A stretch of 64,000 bases of DNA from Leucoraja ocellata (lineage: Eukaryota). The stretch spans positions 1,240,001 to 1,304,000 of the forward strand of contig JAWMAR010000359.1 of the NCBI GenBank assembly GCA_036785375.1, written 5' to 3'. Every line of letters starts with the position of its first letter. Within the stretch, counting starts at the first letter, position 1. The notes beneath the pieces are model-generated. The model did no database searches, was not told where the DNA came from, and worked only from the letters and a program-made list of their open reading frames with translations. Positions 12,018 to 22,689 of this stretch are shown here, piece after piece. Position numbers and translations under genes: made by a program.

Positions 12018-14401
12018 CTATCCTTTCCCTCCAGTCCAGAGATACTGCCTTGGCCTGAGACGTACTCCAGCACTTTGAGTCTATTTTGGGTATAAAGTTC
12101 TTTGTTTCCACAATGTCTTCATAGAAAATAGTGAATTGTTGGACATCTTTATATGAGGAGACAATGGGCATTCAGTCAATGAAAACATTTTGCATCAAAA
12201 CGTATGGATTTTTGGGCACCTACAGAATCCCACAAACAAAAATAGGGGCACAGGGCAGGAAAGTGCACTTCACGTGGAAGTGAATCATCTTATTGATATG
12301 AGCCGTCTCTATGGAAAACGCAGTGTCCCTCTACTCTTTCTTATGTACAACTTAAGTTATGCTCTTCCATGAGATTTTTTAAACAAATGATAGGATTTAC
12401 GTGCACCACAATCATGTCAGAAAATTGTTTCCAAATAAAAGGTGAAAACTGCAAAGAACCTAAATAGCTTTTCATTCCAGCAGACACTTCCTGAACAAAG
12501 AATAAGAAAAATCTACTCAGTCCTACCCTAAAGTCAGATACAGAATCGAGACAATTACTGGGAAAAAACAAGTTATTAAAATGTAAACACTGAACTTATT
12601 TTCAGTGGAAATTATGACAAATTCGCAAAGCTGATGTTGCAATTTTAATTTATTTTTTGGAGTTATGTTGCACTTGGACATTATGCAAAGTATCAAAGGG
12701 AGACTTCAGTATATGCTTATTCATAAATCTAACAAAAAATAAAGCAAACTGCTCATTATTATTTACTAAACCCAAAGGAAATATATTCTGAAAGAATTCT
12801 CCCATTGAAGAAAATGGTGATTATTTTTTAAACCTTAAAATGAAGTGTGATCATTATTGAGGCTCTTGCCACTCTGTAAACTGACTGCCTCTAAAGGAAG
12901 CTGGAAGTTTTGGTCAGCTTGCATATGAAGCTAGCTAGCAACAGCAGACTCCAAAACACCCTCTGTTGACTGGGCACACAGTAGTAATAGCCTGGTTAGG
13001 TTTCCTCAGCTGGATTTAGATGGCTCCAGACAGAATCTCAGGGTGATCCAAAGCATTAAACTTCCAGTTAAGTCAACACAGCCACAAATGGACAGTTGCT
13101 GCAACACCCGCGACTTTAGGGGGGAAACAGAAGCAGAGACTAACAGGAGTTAGAGAAGAGTTAGAATGTATATGGTGGTATACACTCATTTCTTGCGATT
13201 CAGCTGGGTCAGGCATTAATAGGCTTCTTCGTGGAACTAAAAGCACTGTTCTCCCCAAATTTCACACCTCAAGGTTTCATTATTTCCACTGTTGAAATAC
13301 ACGACAATATGAAGCATTATTTGACAAGTAAATGGGTAGCTCACATGGAATGCCCGCTCAGCATTTTGTTCTCTCACTCACACCCTACTAACGTGTAAAG
13401 TGGTAAAAATAATTTAAATGAACAACTGCCTTCAAGCAACAACTCTGTAACTTTAAATTAAATAGAAAAATGGGAAAAAAATATTTGCAGCCACAAATCA
13501 GCTGTGGATCAAAGCCAGCAGACAGCAAAATGAGTGTTTTCACGAGATTAATAAGGGAATGACACCTGGTACCAGACAACAAGTCATGTCTCGGATTAAT
13601 TGCAGACTGCAAACTCTAATGATGGGAAAAATCTCGAAATGTTTGGTGCTTGTAAACTCAGTGCTGACTTGTAGCAGTAAATTAATCCTGCTTGCTTGTT
13701 TACACATTTCACAACCTTTTCAGTTTCGTCGACCAAACTTAAATACAAAGATAGAAATACATCATGGGGTAAAAGTAGCCCGCTAGTTAGCAGCTGTCTT
13801 CCTATACCATATTTCACTGTTAGGGAGCGTACAGACAGGCATTAAAGGCCAACATCTATTATTTCAAGCTTGCGGGAGGCACACAGTGTAATCCACTAAC
13901 GGAGCATAGTCTTGTTTTGAAACACATCACTACAGATTCTGCAACCTAAATCAGGCTCAGTCTTCTGCCATACAAACCAGAGGTGATTAAAATAAACTGG
14001 GGCCCATTAATTGTCGCATTCTCAGCATTCTATTTTCTACCTTTACAACTCTTGTTTATTTAAATTGCTTCGAGCTGCGGTGCAGATTCATGCCGTCAGC
14101 ATTCACCAAAACAAAAAGCAATATCTTTTTGAGGTAGGATCAACAGCAAAGATACGAATGCGAACAGACTAGTAAATTTAGTCTCTTAGTGCCAGAGGGG
14201 AGATCATGGGCAAGGCCCCAAGAAATGGTGAGTGTAGATGAGATTTAACTTCTGAAAGAAACCCATCGGCTAATGCTGAAAAGGCCAAATGTATTGGTGT
14301 CCCCCCACCCCCCCCCCTCCAGTTTCCAAGCTCGAATGCTCAAAATAGAGCCCCACGTATCTAACTTAATTGACAAGCATGACTTTGAACAGCTCACATA
14401 C

Positions 14402-15571
14402 CACAGAGTTCTCTCTGGTGACTGAATTCATTCTTCTATGAACACAGCCACCATCATCCTTCATTGAGCCTTCAGCTTTATCTCCATGTCCTCGGGTTAA
14501 AAGAATTCGAACATGGGGCTGCCTCTGATTATGCTCCTGCCTGATTTGAAACTTGCGGGACGGTGTCTGAGGTATTGTTTCCAATGAACTGCTACGTAGC
14601 ATTTCAAGATTGTTTTCCCCAACTGCAGTTCCAGCGACTTCCTCCCTATCAGCCATGTCAAAACATTCACCGTTTCCTTTAATTGGTAAGGAGGCTGAAG
14701 TGCTTCGCCCCAGCCGGATGTGTGGAAACCTGGCGGCATTTTCCCTCCTTGTGCTGGTTCGCCCAGTTTTTAAATCCATCCACGAATTCTGCAAACCTTC
14801 CCGCTGTTGCTGAAGCTGCAAAATGAAGCAGGATTGCCCCATGTTCCCTGATATATCAGGCTGATGCTGCAAGGACCAGCGCCTGGTCACAGAAGCACCA
14901 GCTTTCTGGTGTCCATTAAAAGGCGACAGGTGTAATTGATGCACGTCCCTCGTTGGTGAATGCCGCTGTATTCTGACACCCCCAACATGTATACCAGAGG
15001 CAGACCCGTTTGCTAATTCCTCCGGGCCAAATGCACTTCGCTTTTGTTCCAAAGGAAAACGACAACGTATTCTGCAATTCGATGGAGTACTTTCACTGGT
15101 TTGTTGTGATGACTCAGCAGCCACACTGTAGGGTGGGGGATCATCTGTGCAGAGAGGCACACTTGGAAGAGAATGGCTTCTGGAAAATAAACTATCATTG
15201 CTGCCAACTTCCACTCCCCTGCCAGTTAACGGCGGCCCAGGATACTCTGGGACTCCAGCATTACATCCATTCATTGGTTTGCGTTGCAGCGAGATCTGCA
15301 TCGAGGAGCTTCTGGTGGGCCGGGATTCATTGCCGTACAACTGAGGGACGATCATGGAAGAGCTCCGATTCAGGGAGGTCCGCTCATGCAAAGGTAATCC
15401 AGTGACTGGAACTGGCTCAGGTATGTTCTCAAAAGGATGAGGAGCAGTTCTTCTTGGTAAAGTGTGGAATGTCATGCAGACATCGTTTTCCCTCTCTTCA
15501 TCCAGCATCCCCAGTTCTGGATCTGTGTTACTCCTGTTCGATCCAAAATAGAGACGCAGTCGATGGGCCAT
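14402..15571 (-). CDS. NEDD4L: Alternative first coding exon (390 codons) of a NEDD4-family E3 ubiquitin ligase, probably NEDD4L
   Basis: Non-repetitive 1.2-kb ORF. ATG is in strong context (gctATGg) with an in-frame TAA just upstream. MAHRLRLYFGSNRSNT and SSSMQISLQ resemble the C2-replacing long N-terminus of human NEDD4 (MAQSLRLHFAARRSNT...SSCLQISLQ, recalled from memory). A phase-0 donor GTG|gtatgt at 14402/14401 matches the phase of the DENRL|TRDD junction. It lies in the intron downstream of the DENRL exon. Confidence 0.8.
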
Positions 15572-15856
15572 AGCTTAGGAGAAAAAAGTTTAGTTCAAGA
15601 CACGAGTAGAGGGAAGCACACTGCCAGAAGCATATTAAAAAAAAGCGAAGAGGTAACCTCAAGAAAAAACTGTCCCATCTGCCAAACTGTTAGCACTAAA
15701 GCTTGATAGCGACAGATAGCAGAAATAGCCCAAGTGACATGACGCATTCCAGGCATGATTGGATAAAGGCAATCAGTACTGCTGCGCAGTATGACATGGG
15801 GTAGGGTGTTAAGAGTCACATGATCCAACTTCCCTTCCAATGCACAGCAGAATTTT

Positions 15857-15863
15857 TTTTATA
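15857..15863 (-). promoter_or_regulatory. Candidate TATA box for the alternative first exon
   Basis: Minus-strand TATAAAA about 290 nt upstream of the ATG, in repeat-free sequence. Motif only, no transcript evidence. Confidence 0.3.
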
Positions 15864-16982
15864 ATAAGACAGCCAGAGCCTGAAACAGCACCTTCACAGC
15901 TGCTCCTCTTCCATCAAAGGGTGTAGTCCCAGCAGGACAACACTCGCAGCTGACCAGTGCCGCCTACACTTACTGCAATAAATCTACTTGCCTGATAGCA
16001 TAATATACTCCAAAAGAGTTTACAAGAGAAGAAAAAACACAACTGACAAAGCCAACATTTCACAGAATCCATAAAAGATGACACAAAGTTGTGAACAGCT
16101 TTTAGTTTTGAAAGTCAAGTTTCAAAAATGGAAGACCAAAATAAATTTAATGATTATACTAAATACAATTTTATGGCTGCTCTGAGTACTAAATGTTCAG
16201 CTGATTCAAACAGTCAGAGAAGATCCATTTCAGTCACCAGAAACCTCAGAAAATATGGTTTTACTTAAACTTCAGGATAATGGCCAATTAAAAGAGCTTT
16301 ACTGTCAACAGTCTCTAGTCCATATAATCTTGGCAGATTTGGCACTAGGTAATGTACGAGGAGAATATGAAAATGACTGTAAAAGTTTACAAAGCGCATG
16401 AGCCACATGCAAAGCTATTTCCAAGTTTAATGTACAGACTTCATTTAACATAATATAAATTTAGTGCCTAAATTATCCAGAGCTAGTTTAAAAGAAAAGT
16501 TAGGAAATGGTTGTCAAGATAAGAAACAGAGCAAATCTAGATCTGGTTGAAGTAAAAGATACAAAATAAAGCGCAAAAAAAAAGTTGAAAGGAATATCAC
16601 AAATCAACACTTTTTGTTGGTTATAAATTGAGGAAAAGTCAGAACACTGAAAAAAATAGCATAGGTGGCAACTCAAATTTGCTCTGCCATTCTGCCTGAT
16701 CACAGCTGATACTCTCCCTCAACATTTTCTTGCACTTGCCCCATGTTCCTTGATTCCTCTAATAACAAAAAATGATCAATCTCATTTATTAAATGCAGCC
16801 TGTGGCTGAGCTTCCACAGCCCTCTGGGGTTTGACCGAAGGCATTTCACCTCATTTCAGTCATTCATCATGAGTCCTCATTGTGATTTTCTGATCCCCAA
16901 TTCTTGACACTTCAGTCAGAAGAAACATCATACCATGTCAATACTATTGAATCTTCTAAAAAATGTGATACGTTTCAATGAA

Positions 16983-17267
16983 CATGATTTCAGAATTAAG
17001 GGACAGAGGTTTAGGGGTAACATGAGGGGGAACTTCTTTACTCAGAGAGTGGTAGCGGTGTGGAATGAGCTTACAGTGGAAGTGGTGGAGGCAGGTTCAT
17101 TGGTATAATTTAAAAATAAATTGGATAGGCATATGGATGAGAAGGGAATGGAGGGTTATGGTATGAATGCAGGCAGGTGGGACTAAGGGAAAAAAGTTGT
17201 TCGGCACGGACTTGTAGGGCCGAGATGGCCTGTTTCCGTGCTGTAATTGTTATATGGTTATATGGTT
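16983..17267 (+). mobile_element. CR1 (HER1-like) 3' end, (TATATGGT)n-tail subfamily
   Basis: RGNMRGNFFTQRVVAVWNEL coding remnant, ggcctgtttccgtgctgt, tail tgttatatggttatatggtt. Confidence 0.85.
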
Positions 17268-17549
17268 AATCAAGTCACCTCTATTCTAAACTCTAAACAA
17301 AACAGGCTTGCCCAATTTAATCTCCCCTCATTTGTCAGACCTCAGAATCCAGGAACCAGTGGACACCAGTGGACCTTTGCTGCATTCTCTCCATATTTAA
17401 ATTATATATTTTTTGTTAAGTTAGATGACCAAACTGCTTCAACAAGACCAAATATATATTTTATAATAAACCATCTTTAGCATTCAACTCTTTTGGCAAT
17501 AAAGGTCAACACATAATTTGTTGTCTTAGATATTATTATCTACATATCA

Positions 17550-17779
17550 GATAGTGTGAATCTGTGGAATTATCTGCCACAGAAGGCAGTGGAGGCCAAT
17601 TCACTGGATGTTTTCAAGAGAGAGTTGGATATAGCTCTTGGGACCAACGGAATCAAGGAATATGGGGAGAAAGCAGGAACAGGTACTGATTTTGGGTGAT
17701 CAGCCATGATCATATTGAATGGTGGTGCTGGCTCGAAGGGCCGAATGGCCTACTCCTGCAACTATTTTCTATGTTTCTA
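17550..17779 (+). mobile_element. CR1 3' end, (TTCTATGT)n-tail subfamily
   Basis: gtgaatctgtggaat.., gggccgaatggcctactcctgc, tail ttttctatgtttcta. Confidence 0.85.
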
Positions 17780-17885
17780 ACCTCACATTTTCACATATGG
17801 TATTCCAGCAGCCATATTGTTTTCTATTCATTTAGCTTGCTAAAATTCTCCTTGAAATTTTATTAACTCCTAAAAATAGCTCACA

Positions 17886-18362
17886 TCTATATACATATAA
17901 AACTGTGATCTGGGATGTGTGTGTATTTAATTGTATATTTGAGTGTGTGTTTATTTGTTCGTCTGATTCACATCTCCTCAAAAACATGACGCGCCAACGG
18001 TGAAATATTACATATTCCGATAAAGATTTACGCCATGATGTCAAAAATCACCTCATCTGAAAATTTGTCATTTATTTCCCGAGTTATTTATTAAAATGTT
18101 CACAAATGTGCGGAAAGTTGGAAAAAATATCTGCTTTTTCCCTGTGCTTAGCCCTGCTCATAACATTATTGCTATCCAAGTACACAGAGTTCTGCTCACC
18201 CTAACAAGTGCAAATGCATTTTTTTTAGTTTAAAAATTAGGGAGGCTGAATAAGGCGAAATGAGCAGCCCCTGCGCAATTGTCAGCTATGGGTGAGTACT
18301 GGAATAAGAGGAACGGCTTGCGTTGGGGGACCAGGCCTCCTGTGTGACACCAGTTGGTCTAG
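17886..18362 (+). mobile_element. Non-autonomous Helitron-like element
   Basis: Starts A|TCTATATACATATAAAA and ends GGTCTAG|T, the canonical Helitron 5'-TC...CTAG-3' between A and T with no TSD. A clear subterminal hairpin is not evident. Confidence 0.65.
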
Positions 18363-18651
18363 TAACCATTAAAATTTAGTGTCATCAGGTAAGTGGAAAT
18401 AATATATTTGGTCCCTGGACTATGAATTGTCGGGCCATTAATATAATTCCTGTGATGTCCCATCAATCACAGCCAGGCAATTAATTAGAACTGTTAGTAA
18501 CAACATGGTGCTTAAGAAGTATTTGTGGTGATATTATAACAAACCAAGTATGTTCAAGAAGGAACTGCAGATGCTGGAAGATCGAAGGTACAGAAAAATG
18601 CTGGAGAAACTCAGCGGGTGCAGCAGCATCTATGGAGCGAAGGGAATAGGC

Positions 18652-18679
18652 GATGTTTCGGGCCGAAACCCTTCTTCAG
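18652..18679 (-). ncRNA. Minimal hammerhead ribozyme core in the Penelope 3' region
   Basis: CUGAAGA-A-GGGU(UUCG)GCCC-GAAAC-AUC. Stem I looks only about 2 bp. Confidence 0.6.
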
Positions 18680-18792
18680 ACTGATGGGGGGTGGGGGGGA
18701 GAAGGAAGGAAAAAGGGAGGAGGAGGAGCCCGAAGGCGGGGGGATGGGAGGAGACAGCTCGAGGGTTAAGGAAGGGGAGGAGACAGCAAGGG

Positions 18793-20538
18793 CTAGCAAA
18801 ACTGGGAGAATTCAACGTTCATGCCATCCGGACGCAAGCAACCCAGGCGGAATGTGAGGTGCTGTTCCTCCAATTTCCGGTGTTGCTCACTCTGGCAATG
18901 GAGGAGACCCAGGACAGAGAGGTCGGATTGGGAATGGGAAGAGGAATTGAAGTGCTGAGCCACCAGGAGTTCAGGTAGGTTTTTGCGGACTGAGCGGAGG
19001 TGTTCGGCGAAACGATCGCCCAACCTCCGCTTAGTCTCCCCGATGTAAATCAGCTGACATCTAGAGCAGCGGATGCAGTAGATGAGGTTGGAGGAGACAC
19101 AGGTGAACCTTTGTCGCACCTGGAACGACTGCTTGGGTCCTTGAATGCAGTCGAGGGGGGAGGTGAAGGGACAGGTGTTGCATTTCCTGCGGTTGCAACG
19201 GAAGGTGCCCGGGGAGGGGGTGGTACGGGAGGGAAGGGAAGAATTGACAAGGGAGTTGCGGAGGGAGCGGTCTTTGCGGAAGGCAGACATGGGGGGAGAT
19301 GGGAAGATGTGGCGAGTGGTGGGGTCATGTTGGAGGTGGTGGAAATGGCGGAGGATTATTTGTTGTATTTGCCGGCTGGTGGGGTGAAAGGTGAGGACTA
19401 GGGGGACTCTGCCCTTGTTGCGAGTGCGGGGATGGGGAGAGAGAGCAGTGTTGCGGGGTATGGATGAGACCCTGGTGCAAGCCTCATCTATGGTGGCGGA
19501 GGGGAATCCCCGTTCCCTGAAGAACGAGGACATTTTCGATGCCCTGGTATGGAATGTCTCATCCTGGGAACAGATGCGGCGTAGGCAGAGGAATTGGTAG
19601 TAGGGGATGGAGTCTTTACAGGAAGCAGGGTGGGAAGACATGTAGTCCAGATAGCCATGTGAGTCAGTTGGTTTGTAGTGTATGTCGGTCAGAAGTCTGT
19701 CCCCTGCGATGGAGATGGTGAGGTCAAGGAATGGTAGGGAAGTGTCAGAAATGGTCCAGGTGTATTGGAGTGCCGGATGGAAGTTGGTGGTGAAGTGGAT
19801 GAAGTCAGTCAGTTGTGTGTGGGTGCAGGAGGTGGCCCCAAAGCAGTCGTCAATGTAACAGAGGTAGAGGTCGGGGATGGGGCCCTGATACGTATTGAAC
19901 AAGGATTGTTCAACGTACCCGACAAAGAGGCAGGCGTAGCTGGGGCCCATGCGTGTGCCCATAGCTACGCCTTGTGTTTGGAGGAAATGGGAGGAGTCAA
20001 ACGTAAAGGTGTTGAGGGTGAGGACCAACTCCGCTAGGCGGAGGAGAGTGTCAGTGGCTGGGTATAGGTTGCTCCTCTGGTCGAGGAAGAACCGGAGTGC
20101 TTTGAGGCGATCCTGGTGGGGGATGGAGGTGTAGAGTGACTGGACATCCATGATGAAGATGAGGGGGTGAGGGCCTAGAGAGTGGAATGCGCGGAGGCGG
20201 CAGAGAGTGTCTGAGGTGCCTAGAACATAGGTGGGAAGGGATTTGACCAAGGGGGATAGTATGGAGTCAAGGTATGTGGAGATGAGTTCGGTGGGGCACG
20301 AACAAGCAGAGACAATGGGTCTGCCGGGAGAGCTGGGTTTGTGGATTTTGGGGAGAAGGTAAAACTGGGCCGTGCGAGGCTGGGGAACGATGAGGTTGGA
20401 AGCTTGGTCGGGCAGGGCGTGGGAATTGATGAAGTCGGTGATGGTGCTAGATATGGTGGCCTGGTGCTCGTCAATGGAGTCATGGTCCAAGGGTAAGTAG
20501 GAGGAGGTGTCCGAGAGTTGGCGCGTGGCCTCAGCCAC
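18793..20538 (-). CDS. Penelope RT-GIY-YIG polyprotein, partial but uninterrupted (581 aa)
   Basis: FYLLPKIHK..PGRPIVS, MDVQSLYTSIP, QTQGVAMG, YIDD, LPFLD, CNRRKCNTC linker, IYCIRC..C..IYIGETKRRLGDRFAEH, and the C-terminal E and N of GIY-YIG. No true start codon because of 5' truncation. Confidence 0.9.
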   Translation of the reverse strand: MAEATRQLSDTSSYLPLDHDSIDEHQATISSTITDFINSHALPDQASNLIVPQPRTAQFYLLPKIHKPSSPGRPIVSACSCPTELISTYLDSILSPLVKSLPTYVLGTSDTLCRLRAFHSLGPHPLIFIMDVQSLYTSIPHQDRLKALRFFLDQRSNLYPATDTLLRLAELVLTLNTFTFDSSHFLQTQGVAMGTRMGPSYACLFVGYVEQSLFNTYQGPIPDLYLCYIDDCFGATSCTHTQLTDFIHFTTNFHPALQYTWTISDTSLPFLDLTISIAGDRLLTDIHYKPTDSHGYLDYMSSHPASCKDSIPYYQFLCLRRICSQDETFHTRASKMSSFFRERGFPSATIDEACTRVSSIPRNTALSPHPRTRNKGRVPLVLTFHPTSRQIQQIILRHFHHLQHDPTTRHIFPSPPMSAFRKDRSLRNSLVNSSLPSRTTPSPGTFRCNRRKCNTCPFTSPLDCIQGPKQSFQVRQRFTCVSSNLIYCIRCSRCQLIYIGETKRRLGDRFAEHLRSVRKNLPELLVAQHFNSSSHSQSDLSVLGLLHCQSEQHRKLEEQHLTFRLGCLRPDGMNVEFSQFC

Positions 20539-20819
20539 AGGACTGTATATTCAGTGTTCATTCCCAGGAGAATGAACGTAAGCATTTAATTTAGTTTATT
20601 CACACTACATGCCACAACATTACTCGTAAACCTCTATAACAGTGGGGACCTCGGTAAAATTCCAAGGTCAATAATCTACAAGGCACTTGCAGTTCAAGAT
20701 TGTTGCAAATGTTTCCTTATCTTTTGAATTCCTAAGCTGGACTCAGCCATCACTATGTATATAATGTTTTTGAAACTACTACACAATCCTCAAACTAAAC
20801 TGTAAATAAACTCTCGTGA

Positions 20820-22676
20820 TCGTAAGAGACAGGAGAAGAATTAGGCCATTCGGCCCATCTACACCATTCAATCATGGCTGGTCTATCTCTGCTTTCTAAC
20901 CCCATTCTCCTGCATTCTCCCCATAACCTCTGACACCTGTATTAATCAGGAATCTATCTATCTCGACCTTAAATATATTCATTGGCTTGGCCTCCATAGC
21001 CTTCTGTGGCAAAGAATTCCACAGATTCACCAGCCTCTGACTAATGAAATTCCTCCTCATTTCCTTCCTAAAAGAACGTCCTTTGAATTTGAGGCTATGA
21101 CCTCTGGTCGTAGACTCTCCCAATAGTGGAAACATCCTCTCCACATCCACTCTTTCCAAGCCTTTCACTATTCTGTACGTTTCAATGAGGTCCCCCCTCA
21201 TTGTTCTAAACTCCAGCAAGTACAAGCACAGTGCCATTAAACGCTCATCATAGGTTAACCTGCTCATTCCTGGGATCATTCTTATAGAAACATAGAAAAT
21301 AGGTGCAGGAGTAGGCCATTCGGCCCTTCGAGCCTGAACCGCCATTCAATATGATCATGACTGATCATCCAACTCAGTGTCCTGTACCTGCCTTCTCTCC
21401 ATACCCCCTGATCCCCTTAGCCACAAGGGCCACATCTAACTTCCTCTTAAATATAGCCAATGAACTGGCCTGAACTACCTTTTGTGGCAGAGAATTCCAG
21501 AGATTCACCACTCTCTGTGTGAAAAATGTTTTTCTCATCTCGGTCCTATAAGACTTCCCTCTGTGACCCCTTGTTCTGGACTTCCCCAACATCGGGAACA
21601 ATCTTCCTGCAATCTTCCTGCAACTAGCCCTTAAGAATTTTGTAAGTTTCTATAAGATCCCCCCTCAATCTTCTAAATTCTAGCGAGTTCAAGCCGAGTC
21701 TATCCAGTCTTTCTTCATATGAAAGTCCTGACATCCCAGGACATAAACCTCCTCTGGACCCTCTCCAGAGCCAGCACATTTTCTTCAGATATGGTGCCCA
21801 AAATTGCTCTCAATATTCCAAATGTGGCCTGACCAGCACCTTATAGAGCCTCAGCATTACATCCCTGTTTTTGTATACAAGCCTTCTCAAAATAAATGCT
21901 AGCATTGAATTTGCTTTCTTTACTTCCAATTCGACTTGCAGATTATCTTTCGGGGAATTCTGTACCAGCACTCCCAAGTCCCTTCGCACCTCCGAATTCT
22001 GGATTCTCTCCCCATTTAGAAAATAATCTAATTCCTATATTCCTACTACCAAAATGTATGACTCCACAGTTTCATACACTATATTCCATCTGCCACTTCT
22101 CTGCCCACTTTCCCACCTATCCAAATCCCTCTGCAGAGTCCCTGCTTTTTCTACTCAACATGCCCCCCACCTATTTTTGTATCATCTGCAAACTTGGCCA
22201 CAAAGCATTCAATCCCCTCACCAAAATCTTTAATATACAATGTGAAGAGCAGCGGTCCCAGCACTGAGCCCTGCATAACTTCGCTAGTCACTGGCAGCCA
22301 ACCCCTTTATTGCCACTCTTTGCCTTCTGCCATCCAGCCAAAGTGATATCCATGCTAGTATCTGCCCATTGATACCATGGGCTCTCATGTTCCTTAGCAG
22401 CCTCCTGTGTGGCACCTTATCGAAGGCTTTCTGAAAATCTAGGTAAACAACATCTACTGCCTCTCTTTTACCTATCCTGCTACTTCGGCCTATTTTATCA
22501 TGAATTTCTCAGTACTCCGTAACCTCATCCTTTATAATGGATTCTAAAATCTTACCAACAACCAGTCAGACTAACTGGCCTATAGTTCCCCTATTCTGCT
22601 TTGCGCCCTTCTTGTGCAGTGGAGTAATATTGGCAATTTTCCAATCAACTGGAATCACTCCTGAGTCTAGTGATTT
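20820..22676 (-). mobile_element. CR1 LINE (decayed RT to 3' end) interrupted by a second CR1 at 21284-21741
   Basis: ORF remnants LEFRTMRGDLIETYRIVKGL, NFISQRLVNLWNSLP. The upstream part carries QKAFDKVP- and KFADD-type remnants. Confidence 0.85.
21284..21741 (-). mobile_element. Young CR1 3' fragment nested in an older CR1
   Basis: Own tail (atagaaacatagaaaataggtgc on the plus strand). Near-identical to 58655-59120 in opposite orientation. Confidence 0.85.
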
Positions 22677-22689
22677 TACCAGAGTATTT

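Larger units (their letters stand above)
18551..20538 (-). mobile_element. Penelope-like retroelement (Neptune-type), 5'-truncated
   Basis: RT plus GIY-YIG ORF followed by a pyrimidine-rich 3' region, a hammerhead core and terminal ...catctgcagttccttcttgaaca. Confidence 0.93.

Noticed and set aside
13550-13600. Possible TRDDFLGQV exon
   Set aside because: Translates as NPRHDLLSGTRC with no match and no proper splice sites.
14366-14401. Treating 14366-15571 as a complete single-exon 401-aa gene
   Set aside because: A good donor (GTG|gtatgt) at 14402/14401 in the right phase and NEDD4-family context indicate the last 11 codons are intronic read-through.
15574-15597. Acceptor-like ctaaacttttttctcctaag just before the ATG, suggesting an internal cassette exon
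   Set aside because: Splicing from the phase-0 DENRL exon would be out of frame. It could only serve a non-coding upstream exon, for which there is no evidence here.
18530-20570. TSD for the minus-strand Penelope
   Set aside because: No convincing direct repeat at the two ends.
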